From contig CAVVXH010000010.1 in the NCBI GenBank assembly GCA_963752155.1, forward strand, positions 448,001-512,000: 64,000 nucleotides of DNA, written 5' to 3'. The position numbers were made by a program, and so were the translations under genes. The notes beneath the pieces were generated by a model. It saw only the letters and a list, made by a program, of their open reading frames with translations. It was not told the DNA's origin and made no database searches. This DNA comes from an uncultured Parachlamydiaceae bacterium. Lineage in GTDB: Bacteria; Chlamydiota; Chlamydiia; Chlamydiales; Parachlamydiaceae. Below, piece after piece: positions 37,652-47,620 of this stretch (within the stretch, counting starts at the first letter, position 1; every line of letters starts with the position of its first letter).

Positions 37652-38587
37652 ATGGATTTTCCACATCTTCCAGTGTTAGCCAATGAAGTCATTCATTATT
37701 TTTCCGGGTGCTCTTGTCGTCATGTCTTTGATGGGACACTAGGTGCGGGGGGGCATGCTGAACTCCTTTTAAAAACACATCCAGAAATTGAAATATATAT
37801 AGGTATAGATCAAGATCCAACAGCCCTAGCCATAGCTACAGAACGGCTTGCTCCATGGAAAGATAAACTCTGTCTAATGCGAGGCAACTTTAGCGATATT
37901 GAAAACCATCTATGTTCAGTCGGAATAACTCGGGTTCAAGCCATCCTCTTAGATTTGGGAGTGTCTTCAATGCAACTTGATCAAGCTGAAAAAGGGTTTA
38001 GCTTTATGCGGGAAGGTCCCTTAGATATGCGCATGGATCCCGATGCTTCCTTGAGCGCTTTAGATGTAGTTAATAACTACAGTGAAGCTGAGTTAGGTCG
38101 TATTTTTAGACAATATAGTGAAGAAAAACAGTGGCGAGCTATTGCCAAATGCCTTGTCCAAGAGCGTGAAAAAACAAAAATCGTCACCACAACACAATTA
38201 TCAGAAGTATTGATGCCTTTGCTTGGTTGGAAAAAATCGCGTGGAATTCATCCTATGACTCTTGTTTTCCAAGGCTTAAGGATTTTTGTAAATAGTGAAT
38301 TAACTATTTTAGAAAATGTGCTTCCCAAAGTCATCAATTGCTTAAGTCCTGGCGGAAGAGCAGGGATCATTTCGTTTCATAGCGGGGAAGATCGCTTGGT
38401 TAAAAATGCTTTCCAACTAGCCGCTGCCGATAAATATAATACTGAAGGAGATGGCAGAGGACTTTTTCTTGATAAAATTCCTACAGTACGTATATTGACT
38501 AGAAAAGCAGCGGTAGCAACAGATGAAGAAATTAATCAAAATCCTAGAAGCCGCAGTGCAAAATTGCGCGTGTTGGAAAAATTGTAA
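37652..38587 (+). CDS. rsmH: 16S rRNA m4C1402 methyltransferase
   Basis: HLPVL, DGTLGAGGH, DLGVSSMQLD..KGFSF..GPLDMRM, ISFHSGEDR, NPRSRSAKLR. Confidence 0.96.
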   Translation: MDFPHLPVLANEVIHYFSGCSCRHVFDGTLGAGGHAELLLKTHPEIEIYIGIDQDPTALAIATERLAPWKDKLCLMRGNFSDIENHLCSVGITRVQAILLDLGVSSMQLDQAEKGFSFMREGPLDMRMDPDASLSALDVVNNYSEAELGRIFRQYSEEKQWRAIAKCLVQEREKTKIVTTTQLSEVLMPLLGWKKSRGIHPMTLVFQGLRIFVNSELTILENVLPKVINCLSPGGRAGIISFHSGEDRLVKNAFQLAAADKYNTEGDGRGLFLDKIPTVRILTRKAAVATDEEINQNPRSRSAKLRVLEKL

Positions 38588-38890
38588 ATGACTTCTCTAT
38601 CTTTGGGCTTTTCTATCCGAATCTTACTTTGCATTGTTGTTGCTGTTGGATTTGTCTATGGGTACATTGAAAAGCAAAATGAATTAACTGAAGTGCGTTT
38701 ATTGATTCCGGTTGTCAGTAAGGAGCTGAAGGGGGTAACCGAAAATAATGTTCGCTTGCAATATTCTATTTATCGTTTTGAGAACCCTGCAAATTTATTG
38801 CAATTAGCTAAAAGACCCGAGTTGAGTTATCTAAAATTTCCTAATCCTTCTGAAGTGATTGTTGTTCATCAAAGGAAAAGTGAGTTATAG
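38588..38890 (+). CDS. ftsL: FtsL-like cell division protein
   Basis: Single N-terminal TM followed by a coiled coil, directly after rsmH. Confidence 0.6.
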   Translation: MTSLSLGFSIRILLCIVVAVGFVYGYIEKQNELTEVRLLIPVVSKELKGVTENNVRLQYSIYRFENPANLLQLAKRPELSYLKFPNPSEVIVVHQRKSEL

Positions 38891-39670
38891 ATGAAAAGAA
38901 ATTGGTCTATCCCTATTTTCCTCTGTCTTTTTTTTGCATCAACTGCATTGGGTGATAACCCTCCTTTAATTGTTGGAATGGAACTTTCTTATCCTCCTTT
39001 TGAAATGATGAGTCCTGATGGAAACCCTGAAGGGATAAGTGTTGAAATTGCTAAGGCTCTCGGGGAGTACCTGAACCGAAAAGTCGTGATCGAAAATATT
39101 CCATTCATCGGCCTCATTCCTTCGTTGAAAACAGGAAAAATTGATCTAATTATCTCTTCCATGTCGGTGAACGAGAAGCGTAAAAAATCGATCGCTTTTT
39201 CCGATTCTTATCTTACGACTGGACTTTGCTTGCTCGTTAGCTTGAAATCTGACCTGCAAAATATTAGCCAGGCGAATCGAGAAGGGCGAGTTCTTGCAGT
39301 GAAAGCTGGCACAAGTGGTGAAATTTATGCTTTACAATATTTGAATTTAGCAACGATAGTGGTTTTAGATAAGGAATCTTCCGCAGTGTTGGAGGTTGTG
39401 CAAGGGAAAGTGGATGCATTTATATATGATCAATTTTCTATTTTTACGAATTGGCAGAAGCACCAAACAACCACTCGAGCTCTTTTGGACCCTTTTAAAA
39501 AAGAGTATTGGGCAATCGGTTTGCAGCAAGGAAATGTCATTCTTTTAAATCAAGTCAATCATTTTATTAAAGATTTCCGGAAACAAGGTGGCTTTGAAAA
39601 AATTGGAGAAAAATATCTGCAACAGCAAATGGAAGCTTTTAGGAAACTTGGTATTCCATTTGTATTTTAA
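38891..39670 (+). CDS. Polar amino acid ABC transporter substrate-binding protein
   Basis: Signal peptide, VGMELSYPPFE, LIPSLKTGKIDLIISSM, V.QGKVDAFIYD. Confidence 0.92.
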   Translation: MKRNWSIPIFLCLFFASTALGDNPPLIVGMELSYPPFEMMSPDGNPEGISVEIAKALGEYLNRKVVIENIPFIGLIPSLKTGKIDLIISSMSVNEKRKKSIAFSDSYLTTGLCLLVSLKSDLQNISQANREGRVLAVKAGTSGEIYALQYLNLATIVVLDKESSAVLEVVQGKVDAFIYDQFSIFTNWQKHQTTTRALLDPFKKEYWAIGLQQGNVILLNQVNHFIKDFRKQGGFEKIGEKYLQQQMEAFRKLGIPFVF

Positions 39671-39682
39671 GGAAATAACTTA

Positions 39683-40453
39683 ATGGAGGAACAAACAACT
39701 AAACCCACTGATCTTACAAAATATATCTCAGTTGCTATTCAGGTAATACTCGTTGCTGGCTTGCTGTTCTCTTTCTTTTTTTTCTTTTTTTTTAATCATT
39801 CATACCAATGGGATAGTGTCTGGGAATACCGTTCACTTTTTTTGCAAGGTTGGTTAATGACCGTTGCCTTGTCATCTATAAGTCTTATTCTGAGTATTTT
39901 GATAGGTCTGCTTTGCGCTCTCTGCTATGGTTCAGGAGTTCCCATTCTTTATTACCTTGCAAAGCTCTATATTGAATTCATACGCGGAACCCCTTTGCTT
40001 GTTCAAATATTATTTTTTTATTATGTGATTGCCAATGGCATAGGAATGGAAAATCGATATGTTGCAGGTGTTTTGACATTATCGATTTTTAGTGGAACGT
40101 ATATTGCCGAAATGATTCGAGCAGGTATTGAAAGTGTGAGCGCAACACAATTACAGTCTGCAAGAGCTATCGGCCTTACAACTTATCAGTGCTACCGCTT
40201 TGTCATATTTCCTCAAGCTATGCGACAAGTGTTGCCTCCACTTTCTGGACAATTTGCTTCTATCATCAAGGATTCGTCATTACTTTCAATCATAGGGATT
40301 AACGAAATGACGAATAGTGCTCAGCAGATTAATAGTGCAACCTACAGTACTCTAGAAAGCTTTTTTCCTTTGGCACTTGGATATCTCGTGCTGACCTTAC
40401 CTATTTCACTTTGGAGTAGACGGCTTGAAGAAAGGTTTCGCTATGAAACTTGA
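39683..40453 (+). CDS. Amino acid ABC transporter permease
   Basis: YIEFIRGTPLLVQ, AEMIRAGIESV...Q...ARAIGL, IKDSSLLS.IG..E. Confidence 0.93.
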   Translation: MEEQTTKPTDLTKYISVAIQVILVAGLLFSFFFFFFFNHSYQWDSVWEYRSLFLQGWLMTVALSSISLILSILIGLLCALCYGSGVPILYYLAKLYIEFIRGTPLLVQILFFYYVIANGIGMENRYVAGVLTLSIFSGTYIAEMIRAGIESVSATQLQSARAIGLTTYQCYRFVIFPQAMRQVLPPLSGQFASIIKDSSLLSIIGINEMTNSAQQINSATYSTLESFFPLALGYLVLTLPISLWSRRLEERFRYET

Positions 40454-41177
40454 AATAACCCATCTTTGCAAATCGTTTGGAAAGCAGGGAGCTTTGCAAA
40501 ATGTCAATGTTTTTATCCCTGACTACAAAGTATTAGCACTTATAGGCCATTCAGGAGGGGGTAAGTCGACATTACTTAAACTCATTGGAGGCTTGGAACA
40601 TCCAGACAGCGGTTCTATTTTGTTAGATGAAGCACCTATTGTATTTAACGAAAAAGAGCTCCTCGCCCATCGAAGAAAGCTAGGAATGGTTTTCCAATCA
40701 TGGAATCTTTTCCCTCATTTGACAGCTATCGAGAATATTACTTTACCCCTCTACAGAGTTCATGGACTGGCATGGGAAGAAGCTAACACCGTTGGGCATG
40801 AGCTTTTAAAGCGATTTTCGATGGAAAAACATGCATTTAAAAAACCCTATGAACTTTCGGGAGGGCAGTGTCAACGTGTTGCGATCGTTCGAGCGATGGC
40901 TGCACATCCAAAAATACTTCTTTTAGATGAGCCTACTTCAGCATTGGATCCACTCATGGCAGCAGAAGTTTTTGACCTTATTGTAGAATTGAAAAATGAA
41001 GGGTGTACATTGATCATTGTTACTCATCAGTTATCATTTGCAGAAAAAATTGCTGATTGGGCCTTATTTCTATCTGAAGGAAAAGTATTGGCCTCAGAGA
41101 AAATCGAAGAAATGTTCAGGTCTCAATCTATTCCAGTTATACAAAATTACTTTGATAAAGTTCGTCATTATTTTTGA
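40443..41177 (+). CDS. Amino acid ABC transporter ATP-binding protein
   Basis: GHSGGGKST, MVFQSWNLFPHLT, LSGGQCQRVAI, LLLDEPTSALDP. Confidence 0.94.
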   Translation: MKLEITHLCKSFGKQGALQNVNVFIPDYKVLALIGHSGGGKSTLLKLIGGLEHPDSGSILLDEAPIVFNEKELLAHRRKLGMVFQSWNLFPHLTAIENITLPLYRVHGLAWEEANTVGHELLKRFSMEKHAFKKPYELSGGQCQRVAIVRAMAAHPKILLLDEPTSALDPLMAAEVFDLIVELKNEGCTLIIVTHQLSFAEKIADWALFLSEGKVLASEKIEEMFRSQSIPVIQNYFDKVRHYF

Positions 41178-41392
41178 TATGCCTTTTAGTGGGAAAAAAA
41201 TGGATTAACATGTACGCAAATTATAAATTTTTTTAATATTTTTAAATAAAAACTTACCGATAAGCCTTAGGTTTCCGGAAATCAAACGTGATTATTTTTT
41301 ATTTTAACTATATTGATGAGGTAAATGTTGGAAATCAGTTATACTATCTAAAGATGAGAATTTTATAGTAAAAAATAAGTCCCGGAACATTT

Positions 41393-43390
41393 GTGATAAA
41401 TTCTTATGATCGCTTTCGTCTTGCCTGGCTGCAATTTTTTTTGATTTTTGCCTTCTCATTGCTGCTAGCACGATTTTATACTATCCAAGTCGACGAAAAC
41501 GAAAAGTGGCTTAAAATCGCTAGTCGGCAACATTATTTTACCATTCAAGAACCTGCTCCAAGAGGGATTTTCTATTCAAATCCTATGCTAAGAAAGCAGC
41601 ATCCAGGCAAACCACAACCTCTTGTAGTTGACATTGAGAAGTTTCATCTCCACATCGATCCACAATCTCTATCGCCTCAAATTAAACAAGAGATGTCGAA
41701 TCAGCTTACCCAACTTTTGAACTTGCCCAAGGCTCAAAAATCTTACATTGCAGATCAATTTTATAAAAAAAGCCGTAATCGTAAACTTCTTATGTGGCTT
41801 GATAAAGAGCAGCAAGAGCTTATTTCATCTTGGTGGCGGCCTTTCGCGAAAAAAAATAAGATCCCGCATAACGCACTTTTTTTTGTCACAGATTATCAAC
41901 GCTCTTATCCGTTTGGACCTCTTTTAGGTCAGTTTTTACATACGATAAGAGGTTGTAAAGATGAAAGTCAAGAGATGCCTACGGGTGGCGCAGAACTCTA
42001 TTTTGATCGCTACTTAAAAGGTGTTTCAGGAAAAAGACGACTGATGCGCTCTCCCAATAATTCTTTTGAAACCGGTGAAGTGATAAAAGCTCCTGTCAAA
42101 GGTGCTGATGTGTATTTGACTATCGATCATCGTCTGCAAGCTATCGTGGAAGAAGAATTGGAGAGAGCGGTTAAAAAATCTAGGGCGAAGGCGGGTCGTG
42201 CGGTGATGATGAATCCAAAAAATGGAGAAATCTTCGCAATCGCTCATTACCCGTTTTTTGATCCAACCCATTACCAAGATTATTATAACAATCCACAAAG
42301 GCTTGAGCATGCTCAGTTTGGAGCTGTAGTGGATGCATTGGAGCCAGGATCAGTAATGAAGCCTTTTACAGCATGTGTGGCGTTGCTTGCAAATGAAGAA
42401 CTGAAGAGGCGCAACGAAAAGCCCTTATTTGATCCATTGGAGAAAACGGCGACTTCAAATGGACATTTTCCAGGGCGATCTAAGCCGCTCGTGGATACCC
42501 ACTTGCATCGTTATTTGAATATGTCGATGGCTATGCAAAAGTCTTCTAATATTTACATGGCAAGACTTGCTGAAAAAATTGTTGCAACTTTAGGAAGTCA
42601 TTGGTATCGCACAGTTTTGCAAGAGCGATTTGGATTTGGTAAAAAAACGGATATTGAATTTCCTGCTGAAACACCAGGTGTATTGCCTATGATCGGTAAG
42701 TTGCATCCTAATGGAGCTCTGGAGTGGTCTACAAGTACACCTTTTTCTTTAGCAATGGGTTATAATTTGCAGGTGAATGCCATTCAGCTTCTGCGAGCCT
42801 ACTCGGTGTTAGCAAATGGAGGTTACTTAGTGCGGCCCACATTTGTAAGGAAGATTGTGGGGCAAGATCAGAATGGGAAAGAAAGAGTCATTTTAGATAA
42901 CACCACGCAAGATAGAATCCATTCTTTTCCTAAAGTGATCAACAAAGAAATAGTCCAAGAGGTTGTCAAGGCAATGAAATACGCAACTAAACCGGGAGGG
43001 TCCGCAGCAAAAGCTGAAATATATGGTTTTACAGAGGCTGGAAAGACAAGTACCACGAAAAAGATCGTTAATGGAATTTATGTCGACACATATCGAGCCT
43101 CTTTTGTGGGTTTTGTACCAGTTTCCGATCCAGCTTTTGTTCTTTTTGTGATGATGGATGAACCTTCCTACGGTTATGTGCCAGGTATTGGTAAAACTCA
43201 CCATGGAGGAACCTCTACAGCACCTGTTTTCTCCAAAATAGCAAAACGCAGTTTAGCCTATTTGGGGATTCCACCCGATGATCCTTATGGGTATCCGAGG
43301 GGTGATCCACGTGCAGATCGTTCGAAAGCAGACTGGATGGAAGAGTCGAAGGCGTTGCAACAGCTGTATGAAGATTGGAACAAACATTAA
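41393..43390 (+). CDS. ftsI: Class B penicillin-binding protein (PBP3)
   Basis: N-terminal TM, RSYPFG, EPGSVMKP (SxxK), KSSN (SxN), AGKTST (KTG-like), downstream of rsmH-ftsL. Confidence 0.85.
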   Translation: MINSYDRFRLAWLQFFLIFAFSLLLARFYTIQVDENEKWLKIASRQHYFTIQEPAPRGIFYSNPMLRKQHPGKPQPLVVDIEKFHLHIDPQSLSPQIKQEMSNQLTQLLNLPKAQKSYIADQFYKKSRNRKLLMWLDKEQQELISSWWRPFAKKNKIPHNALFFVTDYQRSYPFGPLLGQFLHTIRGCKDESQEMPTGGAELYFDRYLKGVSGKRRLMRSPNNSFETGEVIKAPVKGADVYLTIDHRLQAIVEEELERAVKKSRAKAGRAVMMNPKNGEIFAIAHYPFFDPTHYQDYYNNPQRLEHAQFGAVVDALEPGSVMKPFTACVALLANEELKRRNEKPLFDPLEKTATSNGHFPGRSKPLVDTHLHRYLNMSMAMQKSSNIYMARLAEKIVATLGSHWYRTVLQERFGFGKKTDIEFPAETPGVLPMIGKLHPNGALEWSTSTPFSLAMGYNLQVNAIQLLRAYSVLANGGYLVRPTFVRKIVGQDQNGKERVILDNTTQDRIHSFPKVINKEIVQEVVKAMKYATKPGGSAAKAEIYGFTEAGKTSTTKKIVNGIYVDTYRASFVGFVPVSDPAFVLFVMMDEPSYGYVPGIGKTHHGGTSTAPVFSKIAKRSLAYLGIPPDDPYGYPRGDPRADRSKADWMEESKALQQLYEDWNKH

Positions 43391-43479
43391 GTTTGATTCT
43401 AATAATATAAGTTCAAGCTTGCGAAATATATCTAAATAAAATATGCTGCAATCCTTATGAATGGAATGCACCTAACTTT

Positions 43480-44733
43480 GTGAAAAGAACTATAGGTGCG
43501 ATAAATATATTAGCAACAACTGGAGATCGTTTTATGGGTACAATCTACAATAGTCTACAATTTATCCCTAACTATGGTGAAAAACTGCTAAGAGGGTTTT
43601 TTGATTTCGGTACAAAAATATCAACTCTTGAAGGACTTGATAAAGTCGCTACTTTCGCAAAGCCGTTAATCGCATTTATCAGCCTTCAACGTTATGGTGT
43701 TAAGATTTCATTCCGTATAGTTGAGGATTTCGATGGATTAAAAAGTGTAAAGAATTCTTTCTCATTTTTTAAGCAAGGTAATGATCTTTTTGTTAAGTCT
43801 TTAAAGCAAGGACAGAAAGAATTCTGGGACTATTTATTTGAATTGAATAAAAGAATGATGGGCATTTTGATGGCAGTACTAAATTTAGCCGAGTTAGTCA
43901 GTAAAAATGTATCGAAATGTGTAGATTATGTGACTCCTCCAATCAAAACATGGTCATTCTGTATAGGTACAGTTGTTGAACATGCCATCCCTGTGAAGCT
44001 AGTTGTAGCAACATTCATGGTGTTAGAGGATTTACGTGAAAAATTTAACAATATTCGTAAAAATGACATAAAAGCAACTTACAATCAAAAGAAAATAGCC
44101 TATTTCAATGGAGAGTATGGTAAAACTAACCTAGCTGAGGGATCGTCTAAATATAATGCTAAGGTCAAAGCTGCTATCGAAAGGAAATATGGTGAAAAGC
44201 TAGATAAGCTTTTAGTTGAATTGGATACAGTTCTTGCACCTTTAGACAAGAAAGACCCGGAGAGAGAGTTTATTCAAGAGATAAGAGGGGCTTCTTATAG
44301 CTGTGCAAAGAAAGTTACTATCTTAAAAGCCTTGAAGAAAGGACACGAATTAGTATATCATTCAGCTGAACTTGAGGAGGGCAGAAAACATCTAAATTCA
44401 GCAAATGTATTGATGAAAATGGATAACGAAAAATTTGCTGAAGAAAAAATTCTAAACATCAATGTTAGCCAATTAAATATAACCTCAGAAAATAAGGAGC
44501 ATTGGATCAATGTTGCAGTAGGTATAGTTAAGTTGGCTTCTTTTGGTATCCTCATGTGTAATATTCATTATGGGGCGGCTCATTTTGCAATAAAACTTGG
44601 AGTGACTACTCTTCAAGGAGCGAAGATTGTAGAAGGAATTAGCGCATTCGCAGGGATTTTAGATTTTGCCAAGTTCGGTCGTGATTTCTATATCCTCACA
44701 TCAAGCAAGAAAAAAAGCTTGCTGCCAGTTTAG
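43480..44733 (+). CDS. Hypothetical protein with hydrophobic segments
   Basis: 417-aa intact ORF with no recognisable family. Confidence 0.7.
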   Translation: MKRTIGAINILATTGDRFMGTIYNSLQFIPNYGEKLLRGFFDFGTKISTLEGLDKVATFAKPLIAFISLQRYGVKISFRIVEDFDGLKSVKNSFSFFKQGNDLFVKSLKQGQKEFWDYLFELNKRMMGILMAVLNLAELVSKNVSKCVDYVTPPIKTWSFCIGTVVEHAIPVKLVVATFMVLEDLREKFNNIRKNDIKATYNQKKIAYFNGEYGKTNLAEGSSKYNAKVKAAIERKYGEKLDKLLVELDTVLAPLDKKDPEREFIQEIRGASYSCAKKVTILKALKKGHELVYHSAELEEGRKHLNSANVLMKMDNEKFAEEKILNINVSQLNITSENKEHWINVAVGIVKLASFGILMCNIHYGAAHFAIKLGVTTLQGAKIVEGISAFAGILDFAKFGRDFYILTSSKKKSLLPV

Positions 44734-44764
44734 AGAAAAACTTGTTATAACCTAAAGGGGGGAG

Positions 44765-45021
44765 CAAGGACAACAAGGACAACAAGGACAACAAGGACAA
44801 CAAGGACGACAAGGACAACAAGGACGACAAGGACAACAAGGACGACAAGGACGGCAAGGACAACAAAGATCCACGGACTTTAGAATCGTAAGGAACATTG
44901 GGGCCATTTGGTGGGTCACGAATGGCCAAAAGCATAAAGTAATGACTACACGTCTTTGTTGTCCTTGTCGTCCTTGTCGTCCCTGTTGTCCTTTTAGTCC
45001 TTGTCGTCCTTTTTGTCCTTT
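44765..45021. repeat. Inverted 9-bp tandem arrays (CAAGGACRR x11 ... reverse complement x~8)
   Basis: Eleven CAAGGACAA/GA/GG units at 44765-44863, ~88-bp spacer, reverse-complement units at 44952-45021. Confidence 0.93.
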
Positions 45022-45041
45022 TTTTCACCAATTTGGTCATT

Positions 45042-45626
45042 ATGGAATTAATATCTCAATCTTCTGAACCCAAAAAACCTGAACAGCTTTACGTCCACGA
45101 ATGGTTAGCTATAGTACTCATCTTGGGATTCTTGTGCCTTCTGACATTCATTGCCTATGTTAATTATGCAATAGACCATCAAGACCTGAAAACAGCTCAA
45201 GGAGCCAGCTTAAAGCCTCAAGAAGTTGAATTCCATGTAGAAGGAGCTGTGGCAAAGCCTGGAACGTACAGCGTAAAAGTCGGCACCAAAGTGAAAGAAG
45301 CTATAGCCCTAGCAGAACCCCTTCTAGAAGCAGATTTGAGAAAAATAAAGTCAACAAGCCGATTGCGCAATGGTCAAAAGATCGTAGTAGCAAAAAGAGA
45401 AATGATATCCATTTCTATCTCTGGAGCCATATCCCAAGAAAATCTTACGTTAAGTATCCCAAAAGGCACACGGATGAATGAACTATCCAAATATGTTCAA
45501 TTTAATGAGGATGCTGACTGCAGTAAAGTTGACTCGAAGCGCTATTTAAAAGATCAGGAAAAAATTATCATTCCTGTAAAAGGGGCCTCTAAACAGCCTA
45601 GAAAAGGGACTAACAAAAAAAAATAA
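45042..45626 (+). CDS. Membrane-anchored SLBB-domain protein (ComEA N-terminal-like)
   Basis: TM segment, then V.GAVAKPGTY......V.EAI.LA..L.EADL...L..GQKI.V, with a second similar unit. Confidence 0.75.
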   Translation: MELISQSSEPKKPEQLYVHEWLAIVLILGFLCLLTFIAYVNYAIDHQDLKTAQGASLKPQEVEFHVEGAVAKPGTYSVKVGTKVKEAIALAEPLLEADLRKIKSTSRLRNGQKIVVAKREMISISISGAISQENLTLSIPKGTRMNELSKYVQFNEDADCSKVDSKRYLKDQEKIIIPVKGASKQPRKGTNKKK

Positions 45627-45644
45627 AATAATGAAGATTCTAGC

Positions 45645-45673
45645 TTGTGCAAAAAATACTGCTTTGCTAATAT
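45645..45673 (+). promoter_or_regulatory. Candidate sigma-66 promoter of the ribosomal protein operon
   Basis: TTGTGC-17 bp-TAATAT ~195 bp upstream of rplC. Confidence 0.35.
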
Positions 45674-45867
45674 CACTATTTAAGATGCTCGGTTTTGAAA
45701 GTCCGAAAGTCTTCAATCCCAGTCTTGCCACTGTGGAGAACGCATTGCGTGCGTACCTTCACACATGAGGAAGATGGATATTGTCTATTAAGATGTTAAC
45801 AAGTACAAAAGACGAACGCAAAGCAGTGATAGCGTTTCGAATGATTTATTTTTTCAAGGATTGAAAT

Positions 45868-46518
45868 ATGGCGCTAAAGCTAATGGGTAAGAAACGAGGC
45901 ATGACGCAGCTATTCGATGAGCAAGGAAATGTTGTCGTCTGCACAGTGATAGAAATTGAACCTCATGTTGTTACGCAAATTAAATCGAAAGCAACAGACG
46001 GTTACACGGCTCTACAGCTCGGGTATGACAAAGTGATCACTAAAGATCCAAGGACATTAAAACGTCGAATAAAGAGTCCACGTTTTGGTCATTTCCAAAA
46101 ATCATCCATCGAACCAAGACGTTATTTAGCGGAATCCCGTGTGGAATCTGTCGAGAATTATACTGCCGGACAAGAAATTGGATTGGAAGTATTCGATGGG
46201 GTCACTCACCTAGATATTACTGGACAGTCCAAAGGAAAAGGCTACCAAGGAGTTATGAAGTTACATAACTTTGCAGGTGGTCCCGCTGCACATGGTTCCT
46301 CATTTCATAGACATGCAGGATCTACAGGACATCGCAGTACACCTGGACGTAGCTTTCCCGATAGTCCACGCGCCAGTCACATGGGTGATAATCGTGTGAC
46401 AACTCAAAATCTCAGAATTATCAAAATTGATAAAGAAGAGAATTTGCTGGTCGTTGAAGGTGCAGTGCCTGGAACGCGAAATGGCTTAGTTTATCTGTCA
46501 GCAGCGACAAAGAAATAA
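45868..46518 (+). CDS. rplC: 50S ribosomal protein L3
   Basis: GKKRGMTQLF, DGYTALQLG, SKGKGYQGVMK.HNF.GGPAAHGS. Confidence 0.97.
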   Translation: MALKLMGKKRGMTQLFDEQGNVVVCTVIEIEPHVVTQIKSKATDGYTALQLGYDKVITKDPRTLKRRIKSPRFGHFQKSSIEPRRYLAESRVESVENYTAGQEIGLEVFDGVTHLDITGQSKGKGYQGVMKLHNFAGGPAAHGSSFHRHAGSTGHRSTPGRSFPDSPRASHMGDNRVTTQNLRIIKIDKEENLLVVEGAVPGTRNGLVYLSAATKK

Positions 46519-46540
46519 ATGTTAGTGTGGAGATATAATT

Positions 46541-47221
46541 GTGTCGACGTTAAAGAAATATGACCTAGAAGGTCACGAACATGGCCATGTTAAGCTTGAT
46601 GAAAAGCTTGTCTCAGCGACAGCGAATGGGCAGATGATTAAAGATTATATCGTCGCCTTGCAAAAAAATGCCAGACAGTGGTCTGCCAATACGAAAGGTC
46701 GCTCAGAGGTAAGCCACAGTACCAAAAAGCCTCATCCTCAGAAAGGTGGCGGACGCGCTCGTCAGGGATCGCTCGTTGCCCCTCAATATAAGGGTGGAGG
46801 AAGAGTTTTTGGTCCAAAACCAAAATTTGATCAGCATACGCGTATTAATCGAAAAGAACGGCAAGCTGCAATTCGCTTCCTTCTCGCTGAAAAATTGCGA
46901 GGTGGTAAACTGCATGTTGTTTCAGACTTTAGTTTAGAAGCTCCGAAAACAAAAGCCGTCGTCGAATTTATGAAGTCGCAAAACCTTTCCGGTCGTGTAT
47001 TGTTTCTTGGAGAAGGTGCTTATTTAGATCTTTCGCTCGATGAAGGTCCAACATTCAGCATCGGCCAGGATACTCATGATAATTTTATCAAAAGTGTGAA
47101 CAATATTCCAAAAGCAAATTTTTCGCTCGTAAAGAATATCAGCGGTTATGATGTCCTTGTTGCTCATCATATTGTATTAACTGAAAAAGCGCTGAATGAG
47201 CTCAATGATTGGTTATGTTAG
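46541..47221 (+). CDS. rplD: 50S ribosomal protein L4
   Basis: TKGRSEV..STKKP..QKG.GRARQGS...PQYKGGG.VFGPKP. Confidence 0.97.
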   Translation: MSTLKKYDLEGHEHGHVKLDEKLVSATANGQMIKDYIVALQKNARQWSANTKGRSEVSHSTKKPHPQKGGGRARQGSLVAPQYKGGGRVFGPKPKFDQHTRINRKERQAAIRFLLAEKLRGGKLHVVSDFSLEAPKTKAVVEFMKSQNLSGRVLFLGEGAYLDLSLDEGPTFSIGQDTHDNFIKSVNNIPKANFSLVKNISGYDVLVAHHIVLTEKALNELNDWLC

Positions 47222-47252
47222 CCAAAATAATTGATATCAAAAATAAGGATAA

Positions 47253-47591
47253 ATGAATATGACAAGAAACCCGTATGATGTTATCAAGCGGCAACATATG
47301 ACCGAAAAGGCTAGAGTGCTTAATGAATTACAGACTTCAGAAAGCAATCCATCGGTCTCTAGATGTAAGACCCCAAAATATACATTTGTTGTTCATCAAG
47401 ATGCAACAAAACATGAGATTAAAGCTGCTTTTGAAGCGGTATATAAAGATAAAGATGTCAAAGTACTAGCTGTCAATACAATTTTTATCAAAAGTAAAGT
47501 TAGACGTCGTCGTGGACGTTTGGGTAAAAGTCCTGCTATTAAGAAAGCTATTGTGACCCTAAGAGCTGGTGACAGCTTAGCAGATGTATAA
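47253..47591 (+). CDS. rplW: 50S ribosomal protein L23
   Basis: TEKA, YTFVV..DATK.EIK.A.E, V.AVNT, KKAIVTL. Confidence 0.95.
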   Translation: MNMTRNPYDVIKRQHMTEKARVLNELQTSESNPSVSRCKTPKYTFVVHQDATKHEIKAAFEAVYKDKDVKVLAVNTIFIKSKVRRRRGRLGKSPAIKKAIVTLRAGDSLADV

Positions 47592-47620
47592 CGGATAAGT
47601 TCTCCAAGGATGAGGCAGAA

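Noticed and set aside
44765..45021. Possible CRISPR array
   Set aside because: Units are 9 bp and directly tandem, with no unique spacers between them; no cas genes
44696..45040. ORF with (RTT)n/(SLL)n repeats; similar ORFs at 58473-58673 and 61263-61463
   Set aside because: Translation artefacts of 9-bp repeats that lack stop codons; no RBS or family evidence
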